From Zygnema circumcarinatum SAG 698-1b (taxonomy: Eukaryota; Plantae; Zygnematophyceae): 64,000 bases of DNA. This document shows positions 13,177 through 24,766 of this stretch, piece after piece. Both the position numbers and the translations under genes were made by a program. Under the pieces are notes generated by a model that saw only the letters and a program-made list of their open reading frames with translations, did not search any database and was not told the DNA's origin. Position 1 is the first letter of the stretch. Every line of letters begins with the position of its first letter. The stretch is from NCBI GenBank assembly GCA_037447605.1, contig CM074805.1, forward strand, positions 2,079,361 to 2,143,360, in the 5' to 3' direction.

Positions 13177-14006
13177 CCATAAGACCAAACAGGTTGAGAG
13201 AAAAAGAAATTAAAGACTTTGGCTTCTCAAAAAAAAAAAAATCTCAAAAAATACCTCTCTAATTGTGAACACGATTCATTTTGAGAAATGAGAATTGAAT
13301 TCCTAACTTTTTTCTCAGTACAGTACAATTTTTATGAAGAACGAATTGAACATTGAAGAATTAATTATCATTCGTGTTCAATTTGAGTTTTCCTTGGGTT
13401 CACTGTTCGATAATGAAATTTTAGCGGATCGTGAAGCACGTAGACCCGTTTTTTCGTACAGAAATTGTTGATCGGCTTTCGGGAAGTGTTGAAAATGAAA
13501 AAAATGGGGCCCGGGTTAACCAGATCCCTCAAATCGCACGGAGTTAACGTGGCAAAAATTGGAATCCACAGGTGCGACCAAATATGATGAGTATTTGAAC
13601 TTTTTCTTTAAAACTTTTCGCTTTCTTGAATCGAAACTGTTTCGACCTCGAGTGTTCAAAGTTCCCTATTCAATAATATTTCCCTCTTTTCCTTTTTTAT
13701 TCAATAAGGTTGAGAATTGAGAAATGAAGAAAGGAAGTGGCATTGACCTCACGATGGCGAAGCTATCAAATGCACATGGAAACTCGTGAACTCGTTTAAC
13801 AATTTCTCAACCTGTTGAGAAGGAAATTTCATTAAACTCACGATGGCGAGGCCATCAAATGTACATGGACAAAAGCATGATGTGGAACCACGAGGGACTG
13901 GTCTCAAAGGACCTAAGCACAATAGAACGAAGCTAAGAGCGGAACGCCTAGGCACAACAACGCAACCCTAGAAGCCCTAGAATTTCTCAACCTGTTCGGT
14001 TTACTG
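13177..14006. mobile_element. Possible degenerate Tc1/mariner-type non-autonomous element
   Basis: Imperfect TIRs: left ta|ccataagaccaaacaggttgaga, right tctcaacctgttcggtttactg|ta (reverse complement cagtaaaccgaacaggttgaga), with TA on both sides. AT-rich interior with no ORF. Confidence 0.4.
13731..13980. repeat. Dispersed repeat family K, copy B (inverted relative to A and C, internally duplicated)
   Basis: ggaagtggcattgacctcacgatggcga...caaatgtacatggaca...gaaccacgagg...tctcaaaggacctaag...acaacgca.ccctagaagc matches the reverse complement of 8762-8945. Confidence 0.75.
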
Positions 14007-14460
14007 TAGAGCGTTTGCTTCCGTACGGTGTCGGTATGCCGTACGGTACGGTAGGTCGAGGTGGCCGACAGAAGCGTGCAGCTCAGCTTGGCGAGTGACA
14101 GACCGTCGCGATGACGTCAGGAGTGCGAATCTCGGTACCCGGAGCGACCGGCTGCACCCCGATGGTGACCTCCGTTCCGACCGCTCGCCTCGCCTCGCCT
14201 TGGCCATCCCTCCCATCCCATCCCGTCGCCTTGGAGCGCGCGGGCTGCCTCCCACGCGGCCAACCGCCGGGCGCCGTGGCGCGAACGAGTGGCTCGCACG
14301 ACCAGTCCGCGGGTGTCACGTGGCTGGCATAGCGACACGTTCACTGTGCCTCGGAACTGGTGCTGCCAGCGCGCGCTCTGACACGGACGGACGGCTGGAC
14401 TCCCGCAGAAGCCGTCCGTCAGCAGTTTCTGACGTCAGGTCTTACTTAGCCCAGGCCTAA

Positions 14461-14570
14461 AGTCCGCCACGCCCACGGTATGGGTACAGTCCGACCGTAC
14501 GAGGCCCAGGCCCAAAGTCCGCCACGCCCACGGTATGGGTACAGTCCGACCGTACGAGGCCCAGGCCCAG
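14461..14570. repeat. 55-bp tandem duplication containing GTAC and GGCCCA (site II-like) motifs
   Basis: agtccgccacgcccacggtatgggtacagtccgaccgtacgaggcccaggccca at 14461 and 14516. Confidence 0.9.
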
Positions 14571-15235
14571 GCCCAGGCTGAGGGGGCGGGCCGGACGGCG
14601 AACAGCCCATCCGGCCGGTGGGGTTAAGGCAGCGCCCACTACCGGTAGCGCGCGCGAGGGAGAGAGCGAGTACGAGCGAGAACGAGCGAGAGAGAGTGGC
14701 GCCCGCTGGTGCCGTCGTAGTACCTGGCACTGTTCCTCGGCGGGGCCGTACGGCCGCCGCTGCGCGGCCTGCCGCCGTACGGCGCCTAAGAATGTCCGCT
14801 AGCGCAATAAGTGTACGGACGCTCGGCCAGGCGGGCATTCAAGGCCCCTCCGCGCCCGCGCACATGCGCCCCTGCCGCGCGCCCCAGCTCCTTTAAGCGC
14901 CGTACGGTTTCGTATGAAACCGTACCGGTGCGAGCGCCCGGGACGTGGGCGGGGTCGCGGGCGCGCGAGTCAGCGGGCGGGCCGGCCCGGCCGTTACACC
15001 CGCCCGCGCGCCGCCGTACGCCCGTACGGCACCAGGCAGGCGGCGCCAGCCCTTCCGGGAGCGCCGGACCAGCCAGCACGACACGTGGCGCCCGCATGAT
15101 GGCGATCGTACGGTAGAGAGGGCAGGCAGGGGTCGCGGCTGGGGCTGGGCCTCCGCCTCAGCCTCCGCCTCGCCAAGCCATGGCGTGATGGCGCGGCGGG
15201 CGGGAGAGGAGCGGGGGGCGGAGGGGGGGGGCGCC

Positions 15236-18200
15236 ATGGGCAAGCTGTGGCACCGCGTGCTGGAGAAGACGCGTGGCGGCGCGCGCCTGCAGCCGTCGCA
15301 CGGCGTCATCACCTTCCACGCGGCGCCCTGCGACTCGCCGCGCGTGTCCTCCCGCGGGCACTCGCAGGAGCTTTCGCTGTACCTTCCAGGCAGTCCGCAG
15401 GTGCCGCTGCGCCGCATGCGCTCGCAGGACCTCGCCGCACTTTACCATGCCGTCGAGGCGGCTGCGCTCAGGTGAGGCGACCTTCCCGCCATGGCTGTCA
15501 AGGGAGGGGGAACTGCCCCCGCCTTCATGAACTAATGACGCTGTAGGCACCTTGGACGGGCGGATGGGCGTGAGAGACGGTAATTTAGGTGAGGTTAGAG
15601 ACTATTAAGGCTGCTGTCGTGCGCATAGGAATGACGGGACGTGCTGAAGTAGGCAGGCCGGGTAGGAGCAAACCGAAAGCAGTGACATTCGGTTAGGGAG
15701 AGTGCTCAAGGATGGAATGGTCAGCAAAGGGTTATCCCGCACGCTGCGCCAGAGCGTTGCAGCAGCTCATTAGGGTTGACTTGACCCTTTAGCAGTCGGA
15801 CCTATCGCTGCTAATCTCCAAGTACTGCTGCGACACAACATCAGCGGTCAGAAGTGCATATTGGCAGCTGCTTGGGTATCCACTTTACTGCTTGAAGCGT
15901 CCCTTGGAGGTCACTGCCCTTCTATTATGCACTGCGAGGTCATGTTTCTGACCCATAACTTCTAGCGGAACTGGTCACGTCCTACAGACGCTTCAGGATG
16001 CCAGCAGTAAGCCGCAACATACGTCCTGTCTATTTTTAATAAAGCTTGGTCATTGGAGTCCGTTCAATGGACGCTAAACTCAGCTTAGGTTCCATTTCCT
16101 TTGTTCATATCTCCGAGAATTGATGCTTTGTCGGAATACGAATGTATCAGGGTAGGAAACCGGATTTTCCGAACGAATAGACGACTATTCAGGCGAGCAT
16201 ATAAGCTGTCATTCTGGCAGCTTATTCAATTCGGCTCAATGGTAGGCACGATAGCTGCTTTTCAACGCAATCCTTTAATAAGTCTGAATTTTCAGTTGAG
16301 GCAGGGCCGGTATCATTCTATGTGTATCAGATGTACGCAGCAGGCATACATATGCGCATCTCTTTTTTCTCACTTGATGTAAAAAAAGATGCCAGCTGGC
16401 ACTGCTGTTGCTCCGACCAGATCTTGGCCTACATTTGGTTGACCGCTTGACAAAGTGGTAGCCTTCAGGGTTGCGCTTCTTGGCAGAAATGGGGAGAATG
16501 GTGAGAAATGGGGCTTGGGATGGAGAGGGAGAGAAGAAAGGGAGAGGTGTGTGAAGCGATTTGGGACGAAATCCGAGGAGGGGAAAACTGAAAGCATAGA
16601 ATGGAGGAAACTGAAGGGTTGATTAGGAAGGCGTGAGGAGAGTGAAGATTGGGATTACAAGGTATTGAAGACGTGGCCGAATAGAAATGAGAGCATGCAA
16701 GTTATGCTCCATGTACAGTTTGCGAGCCTAAAATTGTCACTCTCATCCGGTGTTCAGTTTGCAAATATGTGGAATAGGATGCTAGTTTTTGGCTAGGAAC
16801 ATACACCGAAACTTCAAAGTCGGAGAGTGGTCTGTTTTGTGTGGTTGGAAAGGTTGCATTTGCAGTTGTTCTCTCTGAACCTGTGGGAGGTCCCAAGTGG
16901 CGTCCTCTGCAGTATGGACGATGTGCGCTTTTCGTGGGCGTTTAGCTGAATAGAAAAGGACTTAGTAGCTTGGAGTGGTGAAGGTCACCACTCAATCGTA
17001 GAACTGAGCATGTGACTCGTTTCGCTTAAAAATGACAAAACCATACGCGGGCTGGTCCGTCAGGCCCTCCTTCCATTGAGCTTGTTCACTTTTGCTATTG
17101 TTAGAAGGATTGTGGCTTCTCACATGCCACCCCTTGTTCATCTCCATGGCTCTGCATGAAGAGAAACAGTAGCTCCTGCTGTAGAGAAGGCGTCATTCCC
17201 TTCAGTAGTCTTCAGAGATCTTGAAGCCAATCATGCATGCCTATGTCATCGCTCGTCTGACCTTGCCATGCATCCCAACCCATCCTTACCACTTGCCATG
17301 TTACCTTTAGTTGCCATGGGTCGCGCCAGCTCGAGTGTTATCGCTCTATGGCATTTTGTCAAAACGTCGACAATATGCTTCGGGCTTTCGTTCGGATTTC
17401 ACTCTCCCTCCTAAACTTGCAGGAAGGCATGCTCTAGTTTCGATTATTACATGCTCGGGAAATGTCAAAGCTTGACCCGCCCTAGTGCAGGCAGCTGCTT
17501 CATGCCGTCGGGCTTCACATGAAGGCCAGTTGTCGAGTCTCCATGCTCCAGTGACTCGGCCTCCGTTCCGTTGCGTGAGCAGCCAGCATGGAGCTGGCCG
17601 CTGACAGTGCGCGCGCGCCCCAAATGTTTCCGGATAACGAAAATAATTTGACGCCGCTACGTTTTTTTCGTACGATATATGGACCCGTACATACCTAGAT
17701 ATGTGTACGGTTGTAGTACGGATATCGAGATGTCCGTCGCTGCAATCGATATGTAAGCGATTGGTAGGGTCCCCGCTGCCCAATCGGTCAGCGGATCGAA
17801 TTAGGGTTAGGGAATTAGGGTTAGGGTTAGGGTTAGGGTTAGGGTTAGGGTTAGGGTTAAGAGGTAGGGCTGAGAGTGGCTGAGGTGGAGAGCTAAGCGC
17901 GAAAGCTCGGCTGTGCGCAGGAGTCCCGGTGGTGCGTCCGTGCCGCCCACTCCGGGGAACGATGCGGAAAGGGAGAAGGGCGAATGGGGAGGTCGCATCA
18001 GCCGCAGCAGCTCACTGGGGAATGAGATGGCGGACGCCATCCGGCAGGACCCCATCTGCAGGTTCGAGTGTGCTGGATACTCCTTGGATTCTAAATGCGA
18101 TTATGCCCGAGCAAGTTTGGTTCATGTTTCTACGTCGTACGCATTGGTTTATGTTCTCATCGCCGTGGATCACTTGTGAATTCTTGGTCTGGGAACAGTC

Positions 18201-21200
18201 CTGAGGAGTTGCCCGACATGGAAACGGCCTTTCGGGGCTTTTTGGCCTTGAATCCCCGATATGAGGTAATTGCAAGAATGTTCTATCTCTAAACTTCACT
18301 GTCGAAAGAATGACTTGTGTGATAGCACAGATAAGTGATCGATAAGGCTCATCATAGTTCAGTCTCTCCATCTCTCATCTTATTTCAGCTGAAATATGAA
18401 GATTTTTTTATCTATTGTTGTGATTTTCAGCACACACTTTTCGCATCGTATTGAAGGCTTCTAATTTCTCCGCGGCTACTCTTTATTGAAGATGCATCAT
18501 GACTAGTCGATTTTGAATCAATCAAAATAACGCTCTTTTTCGGGTTGTTGGGAATTGGGTGTGGCGTCTATATATAGTCCCTTGTATTGCCTTTTGATGA
18601 ACTTCGAAGCGCAGATTATGCCGCTATAGACCAGGAGGGGCGTGCCTGCTTTGATTACTCTGGCACCGGCATTTTCTGTGTGTCGCAGATGGTGAGTATG
18701 CAAGTTGAATTAGTCATTTACTTGTCGTCCTTTAAAGAACCTCTCAGCTTTGAAGACTGCTCTCATAAGGGAACTTGATATACTAGTCAGTCAGTTTATT
18801 GGAACCGTTTGCCTTGTGTAAGTTTCCCGGAGTGATGGCTGCAGGAGGATTCTGACCATCCAGCTCCTGTTCTTCCCAGCTTTGTGCGTGGACGCTCCAA
18901 AAACATTGCATTGCAGGCAATGCAGGTGCGCGGCTGCAGACTTCTACAAACAGTCTAGGAAAATAAGAAAGGTATTCTGAATTTTAGGTCAGTCTAAATA
19001 AAGTGTCTTGAATGTTCAAGTACCTTAGTGCAGCGATGGCAATAAGCGCTTCGATTCACCGTGGGTGGAAAGAAGATGTCAATTGGGGAGCTGCAATTGC
19101 TGATCTAGGGGCTGGGGGATTTGAGGGTTGGAGCAGAGTAGTAGTCTGGAAGCAGGCACACTCGAGTATGAGCTGCGGGAGAGGGTGCTGGAACATCTGC
19201 AAACCTATGATGAAGAATACAGCGTAGTCTTTACCTCTGCTGGAGGAGCGTCCTTGAAAGTACGAGCCAGCAGAGAATCTGACAGTCATCTGTGTGTTTT
19301 GCTTTGGCTGGCCAAAAGTGAACTTCTTGCTTGGGCGGCATGAAGCAGTTGACGATGCCAAAGACTACGGGAGAGATTTGTTCATTTGTTTTCGTGTGTG
19401 AATTTTCTTTGCCGAACTGACCCACCTTAAACGTTTACTACTTTCTTTTGAGCGCAGTTGCTAGGCGAAGCATATCACTTTGGGCCGCAGACAGGCCTCA
19501 TCACCGCATACGATCATGTGGATGAGCATGTGGATCAGCTTTGCAAATTAGCAGCAAAAGCTGGTGCCCATGTTTCCGCAGCGCCCATTTCGTGGCCAGA
19601 CCTTCGTATCTCTACTCCTGACTTAAAGAGGTATGTGCTGCCTGTCATTCCGATTCTCATGCCCTACGAACTGCATTGCTGAAGAGTGCCGAAACATGGC
19701 TTTCAAGCCCCCGTTTAGGTCCTGCATTGTTTTCGCATGTTATTTAGCAGTTCATACCCGGATTGATCACGGTTATTGAATCTCAAAGCAGATCTTCAAC
19801 ATGCACACCTATTTCACTCATCTTCATCCTCTATTTCCTTTTTCTCCGGCAAAACTTTGTCCCACACCTCTCCAAGTTAGCAGCTCATTGTTGATCGTGC
19901 TTCTTGATTGTCTTTCTGCTAACTCCACGAGGTGATGATTGTTCGTGGCTGCTCTGCAGGCTTCTGAATGGTGATCGTAATGACGAAAGATTTGTTGGCT
20001 CTAATGCCTATGATGCAACGTTTGGCTCCACGGAGTTTGGCACAGGGGGACTCTCGCGGGGCCTGTTTGTTCTTCCCCTCCAGTCACGTATTTCTGGCAC
20101 AAAGCACAGCCTGCAATGGGCACTAGAGGCACAGCGGCGCGGCTGGCATGTGCTGCTAGATGCTCAGGGAATATCTCCTGGGGATTCTGTCAATCTCCAG
20201 CACTTTAAGCCAGACTTTGTGGTCTTCTCTTTCTACAAGGTGAGAGTACATCACATGAAGAAGCCTTGCTGAAGAATGAGGGGAGTAAGACTGTTGCTGG
20301 CTCAATCAAGGAGCCACAGTAATGGGATGCTTCTGGTTTGTGAGAACACTTGATAGCAGACTGAATACTGAAGATCAGATTTGTTTCCATTCGGAAGGTT
20401 TTTTTCTACACCGTTTTGTGTGACGTTTTCCGAACTGACTCTGGTGAATCTCAGTTCTGCTGGGACTTCTTTACTTTCCATTTCCCTTTCGCTACTCTGT
20501 CGAGTTTGTTGCCCTTTCCGGATATTGTTTTATTTTTCGTTAAGTATTAACTGCATGAAAATATCTCCAGACCAGTGATGTTTTACGGTTGGCTGAACAC
20601 TAGTGAGGTTGTTTTTGCCTAAACAGTTGAATAATCACAATTCTGAATGCTTTTTGGAGCAATTTTGTTTGGCTTAACGCATTTTATCCCCATGCCTGTA
20701 TCGTCTTGGACAGAATTGCTTCATCTTCCACTCGTTTTTTTGTTTTCCTTCTTGTTCTGACTTAACGCTATTACTCAAGATCCTTTTTTGGCCCTAATCT
20801 CAGGTGTTTGGTCAAGATCCGACCGGCTTCGGCTGCCTGCTTCTCCGACGCCCTTCTAACCACAACGTCTCCAAGGCTAAGGCTCGAACTGATGCAGCTG
20901 ATGTCAGCGGATGTCTTCCTGCTGCTATAGTCCGCAGTATCAGCTCAACCCCTCGCAGCTCCCCCGGCCGCAATTCTTCTGCCAGCCTTGCCTCTCCCGC
21001 AGGATCACCACCCAGAATAGCTATCCCCTCACCATGTCACCCCCCTGCCGGCACCTCTGCCACGTTTACTCGCCCGGGAGACGCTTCCTCTGAGGCCTCT
21101 CCCCTACAAGACGACCACCCTTTTGCTGATTTTTTGCATAGGGAAGGAGACGGGGGCTATGGAACGTCGTGTTCCTCTGCCCTTAATTCCCCCACTGAGT

Positions 21201-22852
21201 CTGGGGGCCACAATCAGGCAACCTCCACCAGCCGTCCCCCACCCTCCGGATCGAGCATTCTAACAGACCAAAAACCACCCAAACACGTGCAGACAGTTTC
21301 TGGAGATGGGGCCTCCAGTAGTGGCAGCGTTGGGGCATCTCCTGCAAGCCGACAGTCTGCATCTCAAACCCCTTTTCGAGACGCTCGTTATAGCACTGCT
21401 CATGCAGCTCCCGAGGCAAGCGATGATAGAGAGTGGCCTTCTAGCGGGCGCACCTACAGCCGCATTAGCAGTTTTAGCAGTGTGGGGCAGAGGACCATGG
21501 AGGAGGGGGAGATGGAGTGTCGCGGGCTGGACCATCTACGTGACATGGGGGCTGCAGCTGTGAGCAAGCACTTAGAGCTTCTCTTGGAGTGGTTGGCCTC
21601 TGCGCTCAGACGGCTGCGTCACCCCGGAATGGAGCAGTGCCCCCTAGTGGAGATCTATGGCCCATGTGCGTTCGGAGTTTTCTGGCCTAAGTTTTTCTGT
21701 GGACGTTGTTTTCATTGCTGTCCATATGGGATGTCATCACCATTATGGGTATCAGTTTTCGGAATCTTTTGACTGGCAGTAGACTTCGAATGAGGAGCTC
21801 TTTGTTGTTTTGTGTGGGGCTTGGGGACTAGTGCTGAAGTATTCTGCATTTGTTTCGTATGTGCTGATGCAGCATCCATGTCAGAACGAGGAGCAGGTCT
21901 CGCTTTCAATATTGTTGACTGGAACTGGGATCGAGTTGCGCCATCCTTAGTGCAGGTTTGATACGCCTTCAACTTTCTTATGCAAGCTCAATTTTCTGCA
22001 GAACGAATCTATGGAATGCGCTGTTATTCTGTAGAAAGGTCTCCTGAAGTCTTTGAAGCATTCCCTGCTTTTTGCCAAACAGTCACATCTGTATGCAGAG
22101 ATGGGGATGTTTCCTTGACACGGTTTGCAACGACTGTGCTGTTCTTGAAGGAAATGTCATGTTCAGACCACTGAGAGCTTGTTCTGTGCCGCACTCTCTC
22201 CTCCTTGTCTTCCCCGGCAGGTGCTCGCGGACCGCCAAAATATTTCTCTTGCAATCGGGCATTTGTATCGACACGACCCCAGCAATGGAGGTGAATTTTG
22301 GTTCCACTGTGAGCCTGTCAACTGCTAGTTTCATGATTGCATGTAGTTCGCTGGATGTTTGCGGCCACGTGAGTGCTGCACTGTGTTCACTGAGTGAAGC
22401 AGTCACACAAGTTGGGCTTGCAGTTCAAGCGCTGGATGTCATTTTTGTATCACACATTTGAGTGATTCTATCTGTAAACGACTCCTTGAGGATCCCTGTG
22501 GTTTCCATGTGTAGTCTTTTCCTGTCCACGGTTTGTTTGCACGCTTGTCGAGGGGAAGATTGCTGCTTTTGCATGAGCGCCTAAAAGCTGAGTGGATCAT
22601 TTGGGTGTGTGGCAATCTTCAGGTCAGAGGAGTCTTCACAAAGTACTGAATCGGCCTGCAGCTCAGCACCATGGGGATGAGACAAGGCCAGCGGTGGTGG
22701 ATGTAGTTTCTGTATCGCTCGGGCTGGTATCCAATTTTGAAGATGTGTACCGATTATGGGCTTTCGTGGCGGAATTTTTAAATCCAGAGTTTATTTATAG
22801 GGAGTCCGTGGAATTCCAGATGTTAAACAAGCAAACCGTTAAGTTGAGTTAA
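15236..22852 (+). CDS. Molybdenum-cofactor-sulfurase-like / PLP-dependent aminotransferase class V protein (plant AT2G23520/AT5G66950-type)
   Basis: Phase-consistent exons 15236-15471, 17921-18061, 18199-18265, 18578-18691, 18845-18925, 19137-19259, 19458-19630, 19961-20239, 20804-~21667, ~21873-21955, ~22220-22290 and ~22590-22852. Motifs: ELPDMETAFRGFLALNPRYE, DELRSADY...CFDYSGTGIF, GLFVLPLQSRISGTKHSLQW...WHVLLDA, PDFVVFSFYK|VFGQDPTGFGCLL, MECRGLDH, ERGAGLAFN, SLGLVSNFEDVYRLWAFVAEFL. An in-frame upstream ATG lies at 15188. The exon 1-2 link across a 2.45-kb intron is inferred from matching phase and the lack of an ATG upstream of exon 2. Confidence 0.85.
17801..17856 (+). repeat. Interstitial telomere-type array (TTAGGG) x9 with one AA interruption
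   Basis: Directly read; ends 64 nt before the acceptor at 17920. Confidence 0.95.
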
Positions 22853-23517
22853 TCTTAGGCTGAGATGTAGGAGGCGGGGAGTCAGGTATCCACAGAATAA
22901 TGTAGTCCATGTAAGATTCATCGGTTGCTCACTGTACAGGCAAAGGCGGATTTAGAAAACGTCGGGATCACGATCTTAAACCATGTAGAGTCGTTCGCGG
23001 TACATAAGATAATAAGGAATATGTTTTGTTCCTTTTTAGGGCTAGTCCTCAACAGTAGTTAGGAATGGTGAAGCTCAATGCAGTTGTCTGAGCTTTTCCT
23101 GCCGGTAGCAGATTCAAGCGCATAGATTGCCCTTTGGCCTTGATCTGGCACAGAGTAAGAATGTAAAGTGCAGTCATACGTCTATCAAATGTTATTGTAA
23201 CGTCGTCTCTTAATCGCCATACGTGCCGCCGCGTAGACAAATGCATGGGCGCAAAGCTTGAATATGCGTTCTGAAGTGTGCGTGTGTAGGTCTGCTTTCC
23301 ACTTCAGTTTTGGTATATTGCACATCGAGCTGCCTGCTGGCCTATGTATTCGATGGCCCGCCATGGATCTCTTCACACAAGCAATCGTTGCTGAGCGCCA
23401 CATAATCATGCGCCATGGCATGGTCATGGCATGGCATGGCAAGTATGCGGCATGCGGTCATGATCAGCCGTTCATTTTCCACAGTCGACGCGTTGCGTCG
23501 TCCTGACCGTCGATCTG

Positions 23518-23527
23518 NNNNNNNNNN
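23518..23527. other. Assembly gap (10 N) next to a poly-C run
   Basis: N run in the sequence. Confidence 1.
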
Positions 23528-23569
23528 GCCCCCCCCCCCCCCCCGCCCTCACCGCGCCCGCCCGCCCGC

Positions 23570-24343
23570 TAGGGTTGGGGGCACGGTCCCCCTCCGACCC
23601 GTGCCCAGGGGCACGTGCCCCCCCCCCCTTGGGGGAGAGGCATGCCCCTTTTTCGTGCCCCGTGACGTGACTGCATTGAGCAATTCAAATCGGCGCCAAA
23701 AAGAATATAATATTTTAAAACGGTACGGATGAAGGTACGGAAAGTACAGATGAATGTACGAAACGTACGGATCAAGGTACAAGTGTACGGAAAATATGAA
23801 AAGTACGGACAGTACTCAACACAACTCTCAAAACTGAGGATCCAGCACAGCACAGTTTTTTAGCTTTTAGTTCTCACCTCTCAACTCTCCTTATGCCTCT
23901 TCTCACAAGATCTCACTGACAGCATAAACAGCCCCAAGCAAAAGAATGAAAGAACAGATCGAAGAACAAGGAGGTACCACATCTACAAGGGTGTGTTAAG
24001 CAGGTCGTGAAGACAACAAAATCGAACAGATTTTTGCGTGTTACTATTACTGTACACATAGTTACTGAGTGAGATCAATGCCAAATCATTTTACTGAGTG
24101 CTTTTTCTCTCTTTTCTTTTTTGTTAGAAAGAGATAGTTGCGATGCGGAACTGAACGCTGTCTTCAATCGTCACCGGCCCGGGCCCGGTCGTACGAGGTA
24201 AGCGTCACGTGACAGGGGGCACGGGGGGGCACGAAATATATGGGGAAAATTTTTGGAGGCGTGCCCCGGGCACGGACGGTCAAAAATGGGGGGCATGCCC
24301 CCCCCCCCCCGGGCATGCCCGTGCCCCCGTGCCCCCAACCCTA
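23570..24343. mobile_element. Non-autonomous hAT-type DNA transposon (MITE), 774 bp
   Basis: Perfect 17-bp TIR TAGGGTTGGGGGCACGG / CCGTGCCCCCAACCCTA, perfect 8-bp TSD CCGCCCGC (23562-23569 and 24344-24351), subterminal GTGCCC and GTACGG repeats, no ORF. Confidence 0.9.
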
Positions 24344-24766
24344 CCGCCCGCCCGCCCGCCCGGCCGTTCGTCGCCGGTCAACGCCCTTTTGAGCGCGCGC
24401 GAACTTCCGAACGCCGCTCTGCCCGACCACCGACCAACCGACCATTGATCCATGGATCCCCTACTTGATACCGTACGAGCAGTGTGGTCAATGTGCACTA
24501 CAGTACTGTACCGTACAGCGTACCTGCAACGTTGATCTGGTGGATCCGCGTGTCCACCGCGCCGCTTGCGCTGATTCGTAGCGGCCGCGGGAAGGAGGGA
24601 GAGTGGGCCCTCGCCGGGGCGGGGCTATGGCGGGGCCCGGCTCGCGCGCATGGGGGAGGGGGATGGGGCAGAGAACCTCCTGCATTTCATAGGCGAGTGA
24701 GGCGCAGCCTCCTCTGGGCGGATAGTTTCTGCCTGTAGGTTTGTGGTTTGAAATAAGCGGGGAAGC

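Noticed and set aside
16370-16597. Minus-strand ORF resembling a plastid transit peptide, with a GTGAGA donor-like end
   Set aside because: The S/P/L/F composition follows from a GA-rich plus strand, and no downstream exon with coding signal was found.
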